Of a DNA stretch of 64,000 nt, positions 50,594-61,037 are shown one piece after another. The notes beneath the pieces are model-generated. The model did no database searches. It had not been told where the DNA came from and saw only the letters and a list, made by a program, of their open reading frames with translations. How positions within the stretch are numbered: position 1 is the first letter of the stretch; each line of letters begins with the position of its first letter. Both the position numbers and the translations under genes were made by a program. Where the stretch lies: the NCBI GenBank assembly GCA_000431335.1, contig FR888067.1:98849-162848 (forward strand). The letters are read 5' to 3'. This DNA comes from Clostridium sp. CAG:343. GTDB lineage: Bacteria; Bacillota; Clostridia; TANB77; CAG-508.

Positions 50594-51778
50594 ATGAGTA
50601 AAAAAACAATAAAAGACATCGATTTAAAAGGTAAAAAAGTATTAGTTCGTTGTGACTTTAATGTGCCAATGGACGAAGAAAGGAATATTACAGATAATAC
50701 AAGAATAGTAGCAGCATTACCAACAATAAAATATTTATTAGAAAATAACTGTGCAATTATATTATGCTCTCACTTAGGAAGACCAAAGGGAGAATTTAAG
50801 CCAGAATTTTCATTAGAACCAGTATCAAAAGAACTATCAAAATTATTAGACAAAGAAGTAATAATGGCAAAAGACGTAATAGGAGAAGATGCAAAACAAA
50901 AAGCTGAAAACTTAAAACCAGGTCAAATAATGTTATTAGAAAATGTAAGATTTCATAGAGAAGAAACAGATAATAACCCAGAATTTGCAAAACAATTAGC
51001 AAGCATGGCAGAAATATATGTAAATGATGCTTTTGGAGCAGCACATAGAGCACATGCTTCAACAGCAGGAGTAGCAGAATATTTGCCAGCTGTATCAGGA
51101 TTCTTAATTGAAAAAGAACTTAAATTTTTAGGAAAAGCATTAAACAATCCAGAAAGACCATTTGTAGCAATATTAGGTGGAGCTAAAGTATCAGATAAAA
51201 TAGGAGTAATAGACAGTTTACTTGAAAAAGTAGACACATTAATAATTGGTGGAGGAATGGCATATACATTCTTTAAAGCACAAGGATATGAAGTAGGAAA
51301 TTCATTATGCGAATTAGACAAACTAGATTTAGCAAGAGAAGCTATGGAAAAAGCAAAAAATAAAGGAGTAAAATTAATACTTCCAGTAGACACAAAAGTA
51401 GGAAAAGAATTCAAACCAGATACAGAAAGCAAAACAGTAGCGTGGACAGAAATTCCAGCAGACTGGGAAGGATTTGACATTGGAGAAAAAACAATTGAAA
51501 TCTTCTCAGAAGAAATAAGAAAAGCAAAAACAGTAGTATGGAATGGACCAGTAGGATTATTTGAATTCGATCAATTCGCAATAGGAACAAATGCAATAGC
51601 AAAAGTATTATCTGAAATAGATGCAACAACAATAATTGGAGGAGGAGACTCAGCAGCAGCAGTTAAAAAAGCAGGATTGCAAGACAAAATGACACACATA
51701 TCAACAGGAGGAGGAGCATCACTAGAATTCTTAGAAGGAAAAAAATTACCAGGAATTGAATGTCTACTAGACAAATAG
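50594..51778 (+). CDS. pgk: phosphoglycerate kinase
   Basis: Contains [15 protein letters not shown] and GGGDSAAA. Confidence 0.9.
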   Translation: MSKKTIKDIDLKGKKVLVRCDFNVPMDEERNITDNTRIVAALPTIKYLLENNCAIILCSHLGRPKGEFKPEFSLEPVSKELSKLLDKEVIMAKDVIGEDAKQKAENLKPGQIMLLENVRFHREETDNNPEFAKQLASMAEIYVNDAFGAAHRAHASTAGVAEYLPAVSGFLIEKELKFLGKALNNPERPFVAILGGAKVSDKIGVIDSLLEKVDTLIIGGGMAYTFFKAQGYEVGNSLCELDKLDLAREAMEKAKNKGVKLILPVDTKVGKEFKPDTESKTVAWTEIPADWEGFDIGEKTIEIFSEEIRKAKTVVWNGPVGLFEFDQFAIGTNAIAKVLSEIDATTIIGGGDSAAAVKKAGLQDKMTHISTGGGASLEFLEGKKLPGIECLLDK

Positions 51779-51813
51779 GACACAGGGCACAGGGGACAGG
51801 TCTTTAGTGTCCC
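51778..51813. repeat. variant copy of the dispersed GC-rich repeat (opposite orientation to 14269)
   Basis: ggacacagggcacaggGGACAGGTCTTtagTGTCcc, with terminal inverted gggacac/gtgtccc. Overlaps the pgk stop codon. Confidence 0.7.
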
Positions 51814-51865
51814 ATATATTTGTCGAAAATATAGAGTATTTAAATTATATAGGAGGTATTTATGT

Positions 51866-52618
51866 ATGAGAAAGAAAATAATAGCAGGAAACTGGAAAAT
51901 GAATATGCTTCCAAATGAAGCAATGAAATTTATAGAGGATTTAGCACCACTTGTTAAAGAAACAGAAAACGAAGTTATATTATGTGTACCATACACAGAC
52001 TTATTCTATGCATTATTAACAGTACAAGGAACAAACATAAAAATAGGAGCTCAAAATATGCATTTTGAAGAAAAAGGAGCCTATACAGGAGAAGTTTCAG
52101 GAAAAATGTTAAAATCAATTAATGTAGAATACGTAATAATAGGACATTCTGAAAGAAGGCAATATTTTAATGAGACAGATGAAACAGTAAATAAAAAAAT
52201 AAAAGCAGCATTTGAAAATGGATTAAAACCAATCGTATGTGTAGGTGAAACATTAGAAGAAAGAGAAGCAGGAAAAACAGTAGAAAAAATAACTAAACAA
52301 ACAGAGCTAGCATTAGAAGGTTTAACGAAAGAACAAGTAGAAAATACAATAATTGCATATGAGCCAATTTGGGCTATAGGAACAGGAAAAACAGCAACTA
52401 GTGAAGATGCTAACAACTCAATTAAAGAAATTAGAAACAAAATTGCTGAAATCTATGGACAAGAGGTAGCAAATGGAGTTATAATACAGTATGGCGGAAG
52501 TGTAAAGAGCACAAATGCAAAAGAATTATTTTCTATGTCAGATATTGATGGAGGCTTAGTTGGAGGAGCCAGTCTTAAGGCAGAAGAATTTAGTAAAATT
52601 GTAAATTATAATAAATAG
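51866..52618 (+). CDS. tpiA: triose-phosphate isomerase
   Basis: Contains [25 protein letters not shown] and GGASL. Confidence 0.9.
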   Translation: MRKKIIAGNWKMNMLPNEAMKFIEDLAPLVKETENEVILCVPYTDLFYALLTVQGTNIKIGAQNMHFEEKGAYTGEVSGKMLKSINVEYVIIGHSERRQYFNETDETVNKKIKAAFENGLKPIVCVGETLEEREAGKTVEKITKQTELALEGLTKEQVENTIIAYEPIWAIGTGKTATSEDANNSIKEIRNKIAEIYGQEVANGVIIQYGGSVKSTNAKELFSMSDIDGGLVGGASLKAEEFSKIVNYNK

Positions 52619-52651
52619 CAAATGATTTAAAAAAGAAAAGGATGGTAATAA

Positions 52652-54193
52652 ATGAAAGATAAATTAACAATGCTAATGATATTAGATGGATTTGGAGACA
52701 ATCCAAACAAAGATGGAAATGCAATAAAATTAGCCAAAACACCTAATATTGATAAACTAATGAAAAAATATTCAAATGTTGATATTAATACAAGTGGATT
52801 AGCAGTAGGATTACCAGAAGGACAAATGGGAAACTCAGAAGTAGGGCATACAAATATTGGAGCAGGAAGAATAGTTTACCAAGAGTTAACAAGAATTACA
52901 AAATCAATTGAAGAAGGAGACTTCTTCTCAAATCCTGAATTTATAGCAGCCATAGAAAATTGCAAAAAAAACAATTCAAAATTACACATATTAGGTCTAG
53001 TATCAGATGGTGGAGTTCATAGCCATATTCGTCATTTATATGGATTATTAGAAATGGCAAAAAGAAGAGATTTTGAAGATGTTTATATTCACTGTTTCTT
53101 AGATGGAAGAGATACACCACCAGCATCAGCTGAAAGTTATATATTAAAATTACAAGAAAAAATGAATGAAAAACAAATAGGGAAAATAGCTAGTATTTCA
53201 GGAAGATTCTATGCTATGGACAGAGATAAAAGATGGCAAAGAGTACAAAAATGCTATGATGCTCTAGTAAATGGACAAGGAAATAAAGCAGGAAGTGTAG
53301 TAAAAGCTATTGAAGATTCTTATCAAAAAGAAGTATTTGATGAATTTGTTGAACCAACAGTAATTTGTAACGGAGAAGAACCAATTGCTACTATTGGAAA
53401 AAATGATTCTGTTATTTTCTTTAATTTTAGACCAGATAGAGCAAGAGAAATAACAAGAACTTTAGTAGATCCAGAATTCAATGAATTTGAAACTAAGAAA
53501 GACTTAAATTTATATTATGTATGTTTCACAAGTTATGATGAAACAATGCCAAATGTACACATTGCATTCAAAAAAGAACCATTAAAGAACACATTTGGAG
53601 AATATATCAGTGAAAAAGGATATACACAACTTAGAATTGCAGAAACAGAAAAATATGCACATGTTACATTCTTCTTTAATGGAGGAGAAGAAAAACAATA
53701 TAAAGGGGAAGATAGAATTTTAGTTCCATCTCCAAAAGTTGAAACATATGATTTAAAGCCAGAAATGAGTGCTTATGAAGTTACAGACAAAGTGTTAGAA
53801 GCCATAAAATCAGACAAATATGATGCTATAATATTAAATTATGCAAATACAGACATGGTAGGACATACAGGAAGCTTAGTAGCAGCGATAAAAGCTGTAG
53901 AAGCTGTTGATGAGTGTGTAGGAAAAGTTGTAAAATTAGTAGAAGAAAAAGATGGAAATATGTTAATAACAGCTGACCATGGAAATGCAGAACAAATGGT
54001 AGACTATAAAACAGGAGAGCCACATACGGCACATACAACAAATCCAGTACCATTAATTTTAGTAACAAGTAATAAAAATTTAAAATTAAAATCAGGTGGA
54101 AAATTAGCAGATTTGGCACCAACTATGTTAGATTTAATGAACCTTGAAAAGCCAGAAGAAATGACAGGAATCAGTTTATTAGATAAGGAATAA
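52652..54193 (+). CDS. gpmI: 2,3-bisphosphoglycerate-independent phosphoglycerate mutase
   Basis: Contains [20 protein letters not shown] and ADHGNAE. Confidence 0.9.
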   Translation: MKDKLTMLMILDGFGDNPNKDGNAIKLAKTPNIDKLMKKYSNVDINTSGLAVGLPEGQMGNSEVGHTNIGAGRIVYQELTRITKSIEEGDFFSNPEFIAAIENCKKNNSKLHILGLVSDGGVHSHIRHLYGLLEMAKRRDFEDVYIHCFLDGRDTPPASAESYILKLQEKMNEKQIGKIASISGRFYAMDRDKRWQRVQKCYDALVNGQGNKAGSVVKAIEDSYQKEVFDEFVEPTVICNGEEPIATIGKNDSVIFFNFRPDRAREITRTLVDPEFNEFETKKDLNLYYVCFTSYDETMPNVHIAFKKEPLKNTFGEYISEKGYTQLRIAETEKYAHVTFFFNGGEEKQYKGEDRILVPSPKVETYDLKPEMSAYEVTDKVLEAIKSDKYDAIILNYANTDMVGHTGSLVAAIKAVEAVDECVGKVVKLVEEKDGNMLITADHGNAEQMVDYKTGEPHTAHTTNPVPLILVTSNKNLKLKSGGKLADLAPTMLDLMNLEKPEEMTGISLLDKE

Positions 54194-54199
54194 AATGAT

Positions 54200-54904
54200 A
54201 TGTTAAACCATACAAAAAAGATAAAAGAAATATATGAAGTGATTCAAAAAATGATATTTTATATGATTCCAGAAAAGTGGGATAAACTATATTTATATAG
54301 TTCAGTTATTGATATGCCAGAAGGAAAAAAGACAGGAGAATTATACTTTTATTATATTCCTAAAGGCATATTAAGAAAGAAACCAGTTAATGTATATGAA
54401 ATTCCAAGTAAATTTAATATTGATGAAGAAGAATACTTAAAATTAGTAAAAGCACTATATCAGAAAATACAGCAATTAAGAGAAGAATTTAGAAAATCGG
54501 AAACAGGAGGTATATGGTCCAATATAACTATTACAATTGAAAATTTAAAATTTAAAGTAGAATATAATTATGAAGATTTAAAAAATCATTATTTTAATAG
54601 TTATGAAAGACATATAATATGGAGATATAAGTATTTAGGAGTAGGCCCAGAACAAGTTGGAAAAAAAGATAAGGATATATTAAATAGATATTTGTTAGGA
54701 GCAAAGACATTATCAAGACAAGAAAACTATGAAGCTGGAATATATATAAAAGATATAGAAAATGTAGTTGCATATAATACAACAAAAGAGTATGAAGAAA
54801 ATGAAAAAAAAGAATATGCTACAGAGAAAGATACAAAAAGAAATCAAATATTATTATCAGAAGATGAAATAAGAAAAATGAATGAAAAAAAGGGTAGAAA
54901 ATAA
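54200..54904 (+). CDS. YezG/DUF600-like putative immunity protein
   Basis: Family-like pattern ..IPEKWDKLYLYSSV..GELYFYYIP.. and ..WSNITITIENLKFKVEYNYEDL... No adjacent toxin gene is seen. Confidence 0.4.
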   Translation: MLNHTKKIKEIYEVIQKMIFYMIPEKWDKLYLYSSVIDMPEGKKTGELYFYYIPKGILRKKPVNVYEIPSKFNIDEEEYLKLVKALYQKIQQLREEFRKSETGGIWSNITITIENLKFKVEYNYEDLKNHYFNSYERHIIWRYKYLGVGPEQVGKKDKDILNRYLLGAKTLSRQENYEAGIYIKDIENVVAYNTTKEYEENEKKEYATEKDTKRNQILLSEDEIRKMNEKKGRK

Positions 54905-55007
54905 GTATTCTGCCCTATGTAAATTTTTTAGTTATTAAATTTAGGATAAATCCTAAAATATATAAACAAAAGTAGAAAAAAACTAAGAATTGAAAGGAGC
55001 AATTAAA

Positions 55008-55700
55008 ATGATTTATTCAAAAGAATTAGAAAATATGAGCTGTGTAGCAAAAGGAGTAGACCATGGACCAGCACCAATTCCAGAAGAAGGAAAATGGGTA
55101 AAAGCTAAAGAAATAAAAGATATTTCAGGATTAACACATGGTATTGGATGGTGTGCACCACAACAAGGAGCATGTAAATTAACTTTAAATGTAAAAGATG
55201 GAATTATTCAAGAAGCATTAATCGAAACAGTAGGATGTTCAGGAATGACACATTCAGCAGCAATGGCAGGAGAAATTTTAACAGGAAAAACAATTTTAGA
55301 AGCATTAAATACAGATTTAGTATGTGATGCAATTAATACAGCTATGAGAGAATTATTCCTACAAATAGTATATGGAAGAACACAAACAGCATTTTCTGAA
55401 GGAGGACTTCCAGTAGGGGCAGGATTAGAAGATTTAGGAAAAGGACATACAAGCCAAGTTGGAACTATTTATTCTAGTTCATTAAAAGGACCAAGATACT
55501 TAAATTTAGCAGAAGGTTACATAGTAGAATTAGGATTAGATAAAAATGATCAAATTATTGGTTATAAATATGTTCATTTAGGAAAAATGATGGATAACAT
55601 CAAAAAAGGAATTGATCCTAAAGAGGCAATAGAAAAAGCTTCAGGTACATATGGAAGATTTGATGAAGCAGTTAAAACTATTGACCCTAGAGAAGCGTAA
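55008..55700 (+). CDS. NifU-N-like iron-sulfur scaffold-type protein
   Basis: Cys pattern ..GWCAPQQGACKL.. and ..VGCSGMTHSAAMAGE... ATG 55008 follows the RBS aaaggag. Usual partner of the GGGtGRT protein. Confidence 0.55.
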   Translation: MIYSKELENMSCVAKGVDHGPAPIPEEGKWVKAKEIKDISGLTHGIGWCAPQQGACKLTLNVKDGIIQEALIETVGCSGMTHSAAMAGEILTGKTILEALNTDLVCDAINTAMRELFLQIVYGRTQTAFSEGGLPVGAGLEDLGKGHTSQVGTIYSSSLKGPRYLNLAEGYIVELGLDKNDQIIGYKYVHLGKMMDNIKKGIDPKEAIEKASGTYGRFDEAVKTIDPREA

Positions 55701-55832
55701 AAATCGATTAAAATCGTCAATCAGTACATTTTTATAAAAATGTACAGTCACACTAATTTTAATCAATTTTAAAAATGTGTAAAAAATGAAAATACGAGAA
55801 AATATAAAACCATATTTAGAGGAGGAATAAAA

Positions 55833-56834
55833 ATGGCAGTAACATTTGAAAGTTATGAAAGAAGAATAGATCAAATAAAACCAGTAATGGAAAAATACGG
55901 AATCAAAGATTTTGAAGATGCATTAAAAATATGTACAGACAAAGGATTTAATCCATATGAAATAGTAAAAGGAGTACAACCAATATGCTTTGAAAATGCA
56001 GCTTGGGCATATACATTAGGAGCTGCAATTGCAATAAAAAAAGGATGCACAAAAGCAGCAGATGCAGCAAAAGCAATTGGAGAAGGATTACAAGCATTTT
56101 GTATTCCAGGTTCTGTTGCAGATGATAGAAAAGTAGGATTAGGACATGGAAATTTAGCATCAATGCTATTATCAGAAGATACAAAATGTTTTGCATTCTT
56201 AGCAGGACATGAAAGTTTTGCAGCAGCTGAAGGTGCAATTGGAATTGCAAAATCAGCAAATAAAGTAAGAAAAGAACCATTAAGAGTTATATTAAATGGA
56301 TTAGGAAAAGATGCAGCACAAGTAATATCAAGAATTAATGGATTTACATATGTAAAAACAGATTTTGATTTCTTTACAGGAAAAGTAAATGTAGTAGAAG
56401 AAATAGCTTATTCAGATGGAGAAAGAGCAAAAGTTAGATGTTATGGAGCAAATGACGTTAGAGAAGGTGTAGCAATTATGTGGATGGAAGATGTTGATGT
56501 ATCTATTACAGGAAACTCAACAAATCCAACAAGATTCCAACATCCAGTAGCAGGAACATATAAAAAAGAAAGATTAGCAGAAGGTAAAAAATACTTCTCA
56601 GTTGCATCAGGTGGAGGAACAGGAAGAACTTTACACCCAGACAATATGGCAGCTGGACCAGCTTCTTATGGTATGACAGATACAATGGGAAGAATGCACT
56701 CAGATGCACAATTTGCAGGAAGTTCTTCAGTACCAGCACACGTTGAAATGATGGGATTGATCGGAATGGGAAATAACCCTATGGTTGGTGCTTCAGTAGC
56801 AGTTGCTGTTGCAGTAGAAGAAGCTATGAAATAA
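55833..56834 (+). CDS. GGGtGRT family protein
   Basis: The eponymous motif SGGGTGRTLHP is present. Confidence 0.75.
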   Translation: MAVTFESYERRIDQIKPVMEKYGIKDFEDALKICTDKGFNPYEIVKGVQPICFENAAWAYTLGAAIAIKKGCTKAADAAKAIGEGLQAFCIPGSVADDRKVGLGHGNLASMLLSEDTKCFAFLAGHESFAAAEGAIGIAKSANKVRKEPLRVILNGLGKDAAQVISRINGFTYVKTDFDFFTGKVNVVEEIAYSDGERAKVRCYGANDVREGVAIMWMEDVDVSITGNSTNPTRFQHPVAGTYKKERLAEGKKYFSVASGGGTGRTLHPDNMAAGPASYGMTDTMGRMHSDAQFAGSSSVPAHVEMMGLIGMGNNPMVGASVAVAVAVEEAMK

Positions 56835-56853
56835 AAGCATGTAAAAAATAAAA

Positions 56854-56880
56854 AGTAGGATTTTCCTACTTTTTATTTTT
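56854..56880. terminator. bidirectional terminator
   Basis: agtagga-ttt-tcctact flanked by A and T runs, between convergent genes. Confidence 0.65.
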
Positions 56881-56892
56881 ATGTATTAAAAA

Positions 56893-57810
56893 TTATTTTT
56901 TTGTATCTTTCTTATCAGTTACAATTTCTTTCATAGCTCCTAGAGAACTTAAAGCACTTGTTGCTTCAAAAGGAATAAATACTTTATTTGCATCACCTTT
57001 AGCAACTTCTTCCAAAGCTTCTAAAGATTTTAATTGAACTAATTTGTCATTAGGGTCAGCCTTTTTCATAGCATCATAAACCATTTGAATTTCTTTAGCT
57101 TTTGCTTCAGCAACTTCTTTAATAGCTTGTGCTTCACCGACAGCTCTTCTGATTCTAGATTCTTTATCAGCTTCAGCTTCTAGAATTGCAGCTTGTTTTT
57201 TACCTTCAGCTATAGTAATAGCAGATTGTCTTTGAGCTTCAGATTCTAGAATCATAGCTCTTTTATTTCTTTCTGCATTCATTTCTTTTTCCATTGCGTC
57301 TCTAATATCAGCAGGAGGGTTAATGTCTTTTATTTCAACCCTATCAATCTTACAACCCCATCTATCAGTTGCTTCATCTAGTACAATTCTTAATTTATTG
57401 TTAATACCATCTCTAGAACTAAATGTTTCATCTAGATTCATTTTACCAATTATATCACGAATTGTTGTAATAGCTAAGTATTCAATACCTTTCTTTAAAC
57501 TTTGAATTTCATAAACTGCTTTAGCTGGATCTGTTATTTGATAGAAAACAACAGTATCTATTGTAATTGTAACATTATCTTTTGTAATAACTCCTTGAGG
57601 TGGAACATCCATTGTTTGTTGTTTTAAACTTACTACACTTCTAACATGATCCAAAAATGGAACAATAATAGTAAGTCCGGCATCAGCAACTTTATAAAAT
57701 TTACCTAACCTTTCAATGATATAGACCTCAGATTGTTTAACAATTTTAATAGACATAGCTGCTATTATTAAAATAATAATAAGTAATACTAATAAAAACC
57801 ACATAATCAT
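56893..57810 (-). CDS. SPFH/band-7 (stomatin/HflC-like) protein
   Basis: N-terminal TM, the SPFH core ..VSLKQQTMDVPPQGVITKDNV.., and an Ala/Glu-rich coiled coil. Confidence 0.8.
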   Translation of the reverse strand: MIMWFLLVLLIIILIIAAMSIKIVKQSEVYIIERLGKFYKVADAGLTIIVPFLDHVRSVVSLKQQTMDVPPQGVITKDNVTITIDTVVFYQITDPAKAVYEIQSLKKGIEYLAITTIRDIIGKMNLDETFSSRDGINNKLRIVLDEATDRWGCKIDRVEIKDINPPADIRDAMEKEMNAERNKRAMILESEAQRQSAITIAEGKKQAAILEAEADKESRIRRAVGEAQAIKEVAEAKAKEIQMVYDAMKKADPNDKLVQLKSLEALEEVAKGDANKVFIPFEATSALSSLGAMKEIVTDKKDTKK

Positions 57811-57842
57811 TTTCCTCCTTTATATATAATAATAAAAATAAA

Positions 57843-58316
57843 TTACACATTAGAAACTATTTGTATTGGAGCAACAATAGCTTTTACTCCTTTTATTTCT
57901 AAAACTTTAACTTTTGTACCCATTGGTATAACTGAAGAAGAATCTTCACAAGTGGCAGACCAAATTTCTCCATCTATTTTTATTTGACCAGTAGAATTAA
58001 CAGAATTAATTTCTGTTGTTACAATTCCAATTTTTCCAATAATTGAGTAGAAATTTGTGCTAATAGGATTTTGTACCTGCCCGAATTTTTTTACAAAAGG
58101 CTTTGTGACAAAAATTAATATAGTAGAAGATATAACAAATACAGTTGTTTGAATAACTATATTATCTGTAAAGAGACTTGTAATCATCGCAAATAATGAG
58201 CCAATTGATAGCCAAAATATTAAAAAGCCTACTGTCATGATTTCGATTATTAGAAAGACTCCTGCTAAAATTAACCATATGTACCACATAAAAATTAAAT
58301 CCTCCTTAATTACCAA
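57843..58316 (-). CDS. NfeD family membrane protein
   Basis: TM helices plus a C-terminal OB-like domain ..GQIKIDGEIWSA... Usual partner of the SPFH gene. Confidence 0.7.
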   Translation of the reverse strand: MVIKEDLIFMWYIWLILAGVFLIIEIMTVGFLIFWLSIGSLFAMITSLFTDNIVIQTTVFVISSTILIFVTKPFVKKFGQVQNPISTNFYSIIGKIGIVTTEINSVNSTGQIKIDGEIWSATCEDSSSVIPMGTKVKVLEIKGVKAIVAPIQIVSNV

Positions 58317-58796
58317 CTATTACTATTATAACATATTTATAGAAAAAAGAAAATATGTTAACGTAATTTTAATTGAATTTATGTTGTTTAATGATTTATC
58401 TAGATTAATTCAAAAAACTTTAAAATATAAGCTGAGGAATGTAAGAAAAAGCTTATATTTAAAAGTCTTTTAATAAAAATCAATAAAAAATTAAATATAT
58501 TATAAGGTATAAAAAAATTAAAAATTGTACATACATATAATAAAAGAAAAGAGGTATAAGATTTATGGACAAGGAATCAGAAGAAAAAAAACAAGAAAGT
58601 GAGCTTTTAAGTGAAGTAGGAGAAGACACAACAAAATATGGAGAATTCATATCATCATATTTTGCATGGGTATCATTACCACAACAAAAAGGGAGAGTAA
58701 ATGAATTAGAAGAAATGACAAAAAAAGAAGAAAAAAATAGATAAAGTTAGAAAAAATAAAATAAACAGAGAAAAAACAATAAAAAGAAGCTTTAAA

Positions 58797-58881
58797 GGTC
58801 AAAGAAAGTCAAAAAACATATTTGCAAAATAACAAATATGGAGTATACTTGTAATGTAAGTCAAAGAAAGTCAAAGTCAAA
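58797..58881 (+). promoter_or_regulatory. two CtsR operators flanking a promoter
   Basis: GGTCAAAGAAAGTCAAA (58797-58813) and AGTCAAAGAAAGTCAAAGTCAAA (58859-58881). Promoter TTGCAA (58822), 16-nt spacer, TATACT (58844). Confidence 0.8.
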
Positions 58882-58917
58882 AGACAAAATAAGAAATGAC
58901 AAAAAACGACAAAACAT

Positions 58918-58948
58918 GGGACATTTAAGACCTGTCCCCAATGTGTCA
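58918..58948. repeat. copy of the dispersed GC-rich repeat in the ctsR leader
   Basis: gggacatttaagacctgtccccaatgtgtca. Confidence 0.8.
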
Positions 58949-58963
58949 AGAAAGGAAAAAATT

Positions 58964-59410
58964 ATGAGAATGTCAGATATAATAGAAGATTTTATAAAAG
59001 AGTTATTAGAGGAACAAGATGAAGCAATTGAGATTCAAAGAAATGAGTTAGCAGAACATTTTAATTGTGTACCTTCACAAATTAATTATGTTATTTCAAC
59101 AAGATTTAAACCATCACAAGGTTATTATGTGGAAAGTAAAAGAGGCGGAGGCGGCCATATTACAATTAAAAAAGTAAATAATAGCAAAGAAGATTATATT
59201 ATGCATATTATAAATAATGTAGGTAAAGAGTTAACAGCTAATGAAGTTGATATATTGATTAGTGACTTTCTGTCTTATGATATTATCAATAAAAAAGAAG
59301 CAAGACTTTTAAAGGTAGCAACTAGCGATAATGTATTACAGTTACAAAAAGATTTAAAAGATAAAGTAAGAGCAAGGATTTTTAAAAATATGCTACTAAA
59401 TTTAGAATAA
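58964..59410 (+). CDS. ctsR: class III stress-gene repressor CtsR
   Basis: MRMSDIIEDFIKELL..FNCVPSQINYVISTRF..GYYVESKRGGGG. ATG 58964 follows the RBS aaagga. The track start at 58838 reads through the operator and leader. Confidence 0.9.
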   Translation: MRMSDIIEDFIKELLEEQDEAIEIQRNELAEHFNCVPSQINYVISTRFKPSQGYYVESKRGGGGHITIKKVNNSKEDYIMHIINNVGKELTANEVDILISDFLSYDIINKKEARLLKVATSDNVLQLQKDLKDKVRARIFKNMLLNLE

Positions 59411-59423
59411 GGAGGAATTTATT

Positions 59424-59981
59424 ATGTTGTGTGATAATTGTGGAAAAAGAGAGGCAAATGTAAGATATTCAGAAAATATAAACGGAAGAAGAAAAGAATT
59501 AAATTTATGTGAAGAATGTAGTAAAAAATTAGGAATTGGACAAATGGATTTTAGTATGCCAATTGATTTTTCAAGTTTTTTAGGAGGATTTATGGATGGA
59601 TTTGAAACACCTGAATTAATTCCTATGATAAACCAATTAAAAGCTTTTGAATGTGATAGTTGTGGATATACTTTTGATGATATAGTTAATACAGGAAAAT
59701 TGGGATGCCAGAATTGTTATGATGTTTTTGAAGATAGATTAGATCCAATAATAAGAAGAATACAAGGTTCTAATCATCATGTAGGTAGAATAGGAAAAAT
59801 AGTAGACAATAAAATAAATGACAGAGTAGAAAAAAAGGAACATAAAGTTGAAGAAAATAAGAAAAATAAAGAACAATCTAAAATGGATACATTACAAGAA
59901 GAGTTGAAAAAAGCAATTAAAGAAGAGAGATATGAAGATGCAGCTAAAATAAGAGACGAAATTAAAAAGCTTGAAAAATAG
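59424..59981 (+). CDS. mcsA: protein arginine kinase activator McsA
   Basis: Zinc-finger CxxC pairs (CDNCG, CEEC, CDSCG, CQNC) and a C-terminal UVR motif. Confidence 0.85.
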   Translation: MLCDNCGKREANVRYSENINGRRKELNLCEECSKKLGIGQMDFSMPIDFSSFLGGFMDGFETPELIPMINQLKAFECDSCGYTFDDIVNTGKLGCQNCYDVFEDRLDPIIRRIQGSNHHVGRIGKIVDNKINDRVEKKEHKVEENKKNKEQSKMDTLQEELKKAIKEERYEDAAKIRDEIKKLEK

Positions 59982-59995
59982 AAGGGGTGAGTTTT

Positions 59996-61009
59996 ATGAA
60001 TTGGTACTTACAAAGTAGTGAAGATTGTGATGTCGTAAAAAGTTCTAGAATTAGGTTGGCAAGAAATTTAAATGGTTTTAAATTCAATTTAGAAAATAAA
60101 AGTGAAATAGAGCAACTTGAAAATAAGATAAAAGACAATTTGTATTCAATTGGATATGGATTAAAATATTTAAAATTAAAAGATATGGATGATATTACTA
60201 AAATGAGTTTAGTGGAAAAGAATTTAATAAGTCCAGAGTTTGCATTAAATAAAAGTGAAACAGGAAGTATCTTAATAAATGATGAAGAAAATATTTGTAT
60301 TATGATAGGAGGAAAAGACCATATTAATATACAAGTATTTAATTGTGGCTTAGATCTAGAAAATACATTAAATTTAGCTATAGAAATAGATAAAAAAATA
60401 GAAGATTTATTAGGATATGCAATAAATAAAAAATATGGATATTTAACAAGTTCATTAGGAGATATTGGAACAGGATTGAAAGCGTCAGTAATGGTACATT
60501 TACCAGCATTGGCAAAAACAAAAAATATCAGAAAAGTATTAGAGGCGATTAGTTCTTTTGGAATGAATATTAGAGGCATGTATGGAGAAAATAATCAAGT
60601 TCAAGGAGATATTTATCAAATATCTAATAAACAAACATTAGGAATAACTGAACAAGAAATAGTTCAAAATGTAAAAGTAATTGTTCAAAAAATAATAGAA
60701 CAAGAAAGACAAGCAAGAAAATTATTAGCAAAAGACGAATTAGATTTAGAAGATATAATCTATAGAAGTTATGGAATTCTAACAAATTGCAGGAAAATAT
60801 CTTATGAAGAAGCTAGAAATTTATTGTCTAATATTAAATTAGGAACAGATTTAGGAATTTTAAGAGAATTAACAGATTTAAAAGTACAAAAATTATATCT
60901 ATATATAAAGCCAGCTAATTTGCAAAAGTATTTAGGAGAACAATATGAAGCAATTGAGAGAGACATAAAAAGAGCTGAAGTTATTAAGCAAATTATAACT
61001 GAAAAATAA
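59996..61009 (+). CDS. mcsB: protein arginine kinase McsB
   Basis: Phosphagen-kinase-like ..SRIRLARNL.. and ..GTGLKASVMVHLPAL.. Confidence 0.85.
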   Translation: MNWYLQSSEDCDVVKSSRIRLARNLNGFKFNLENKSEIEQLENKIKDNLYSIGYGLKYLKLKDMDDITKMSLVEKNLISPEFALNKSETGSILINDEENICIMIGGKDHINIQVFNCGLDLENTLNLAIEIDKKIEDLLGYAINKKYGYLTSSLGDIGTGLKASVMVHLPALAKTKNIRKVLEAISSFGMNIRGMYGENNQVQGDIYQISNKQTLGITEQEIVQNVKVIVQKIIEQERQARKLLAKDELDLEDIIYRSYGILTNCRKISYEEARNLLSNIKLGTDLGILRELTDLKVQKLYLYIKPANLQKYLGEQYEAIERDIKRAEVIKQIITEK

Positions 61010-61037
61010 TTAAATAAATTTGAAAGGAGTGATAAGT

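Noticed and set aside
58838-58963. Upstream extension of ctsR (MEYTCNVSQRKSKSKDK..)
   Set aside because: It translates the CtsR operator and the leader repeat. The conserved CtsR N-terminus starts at 58964 after an RBS.
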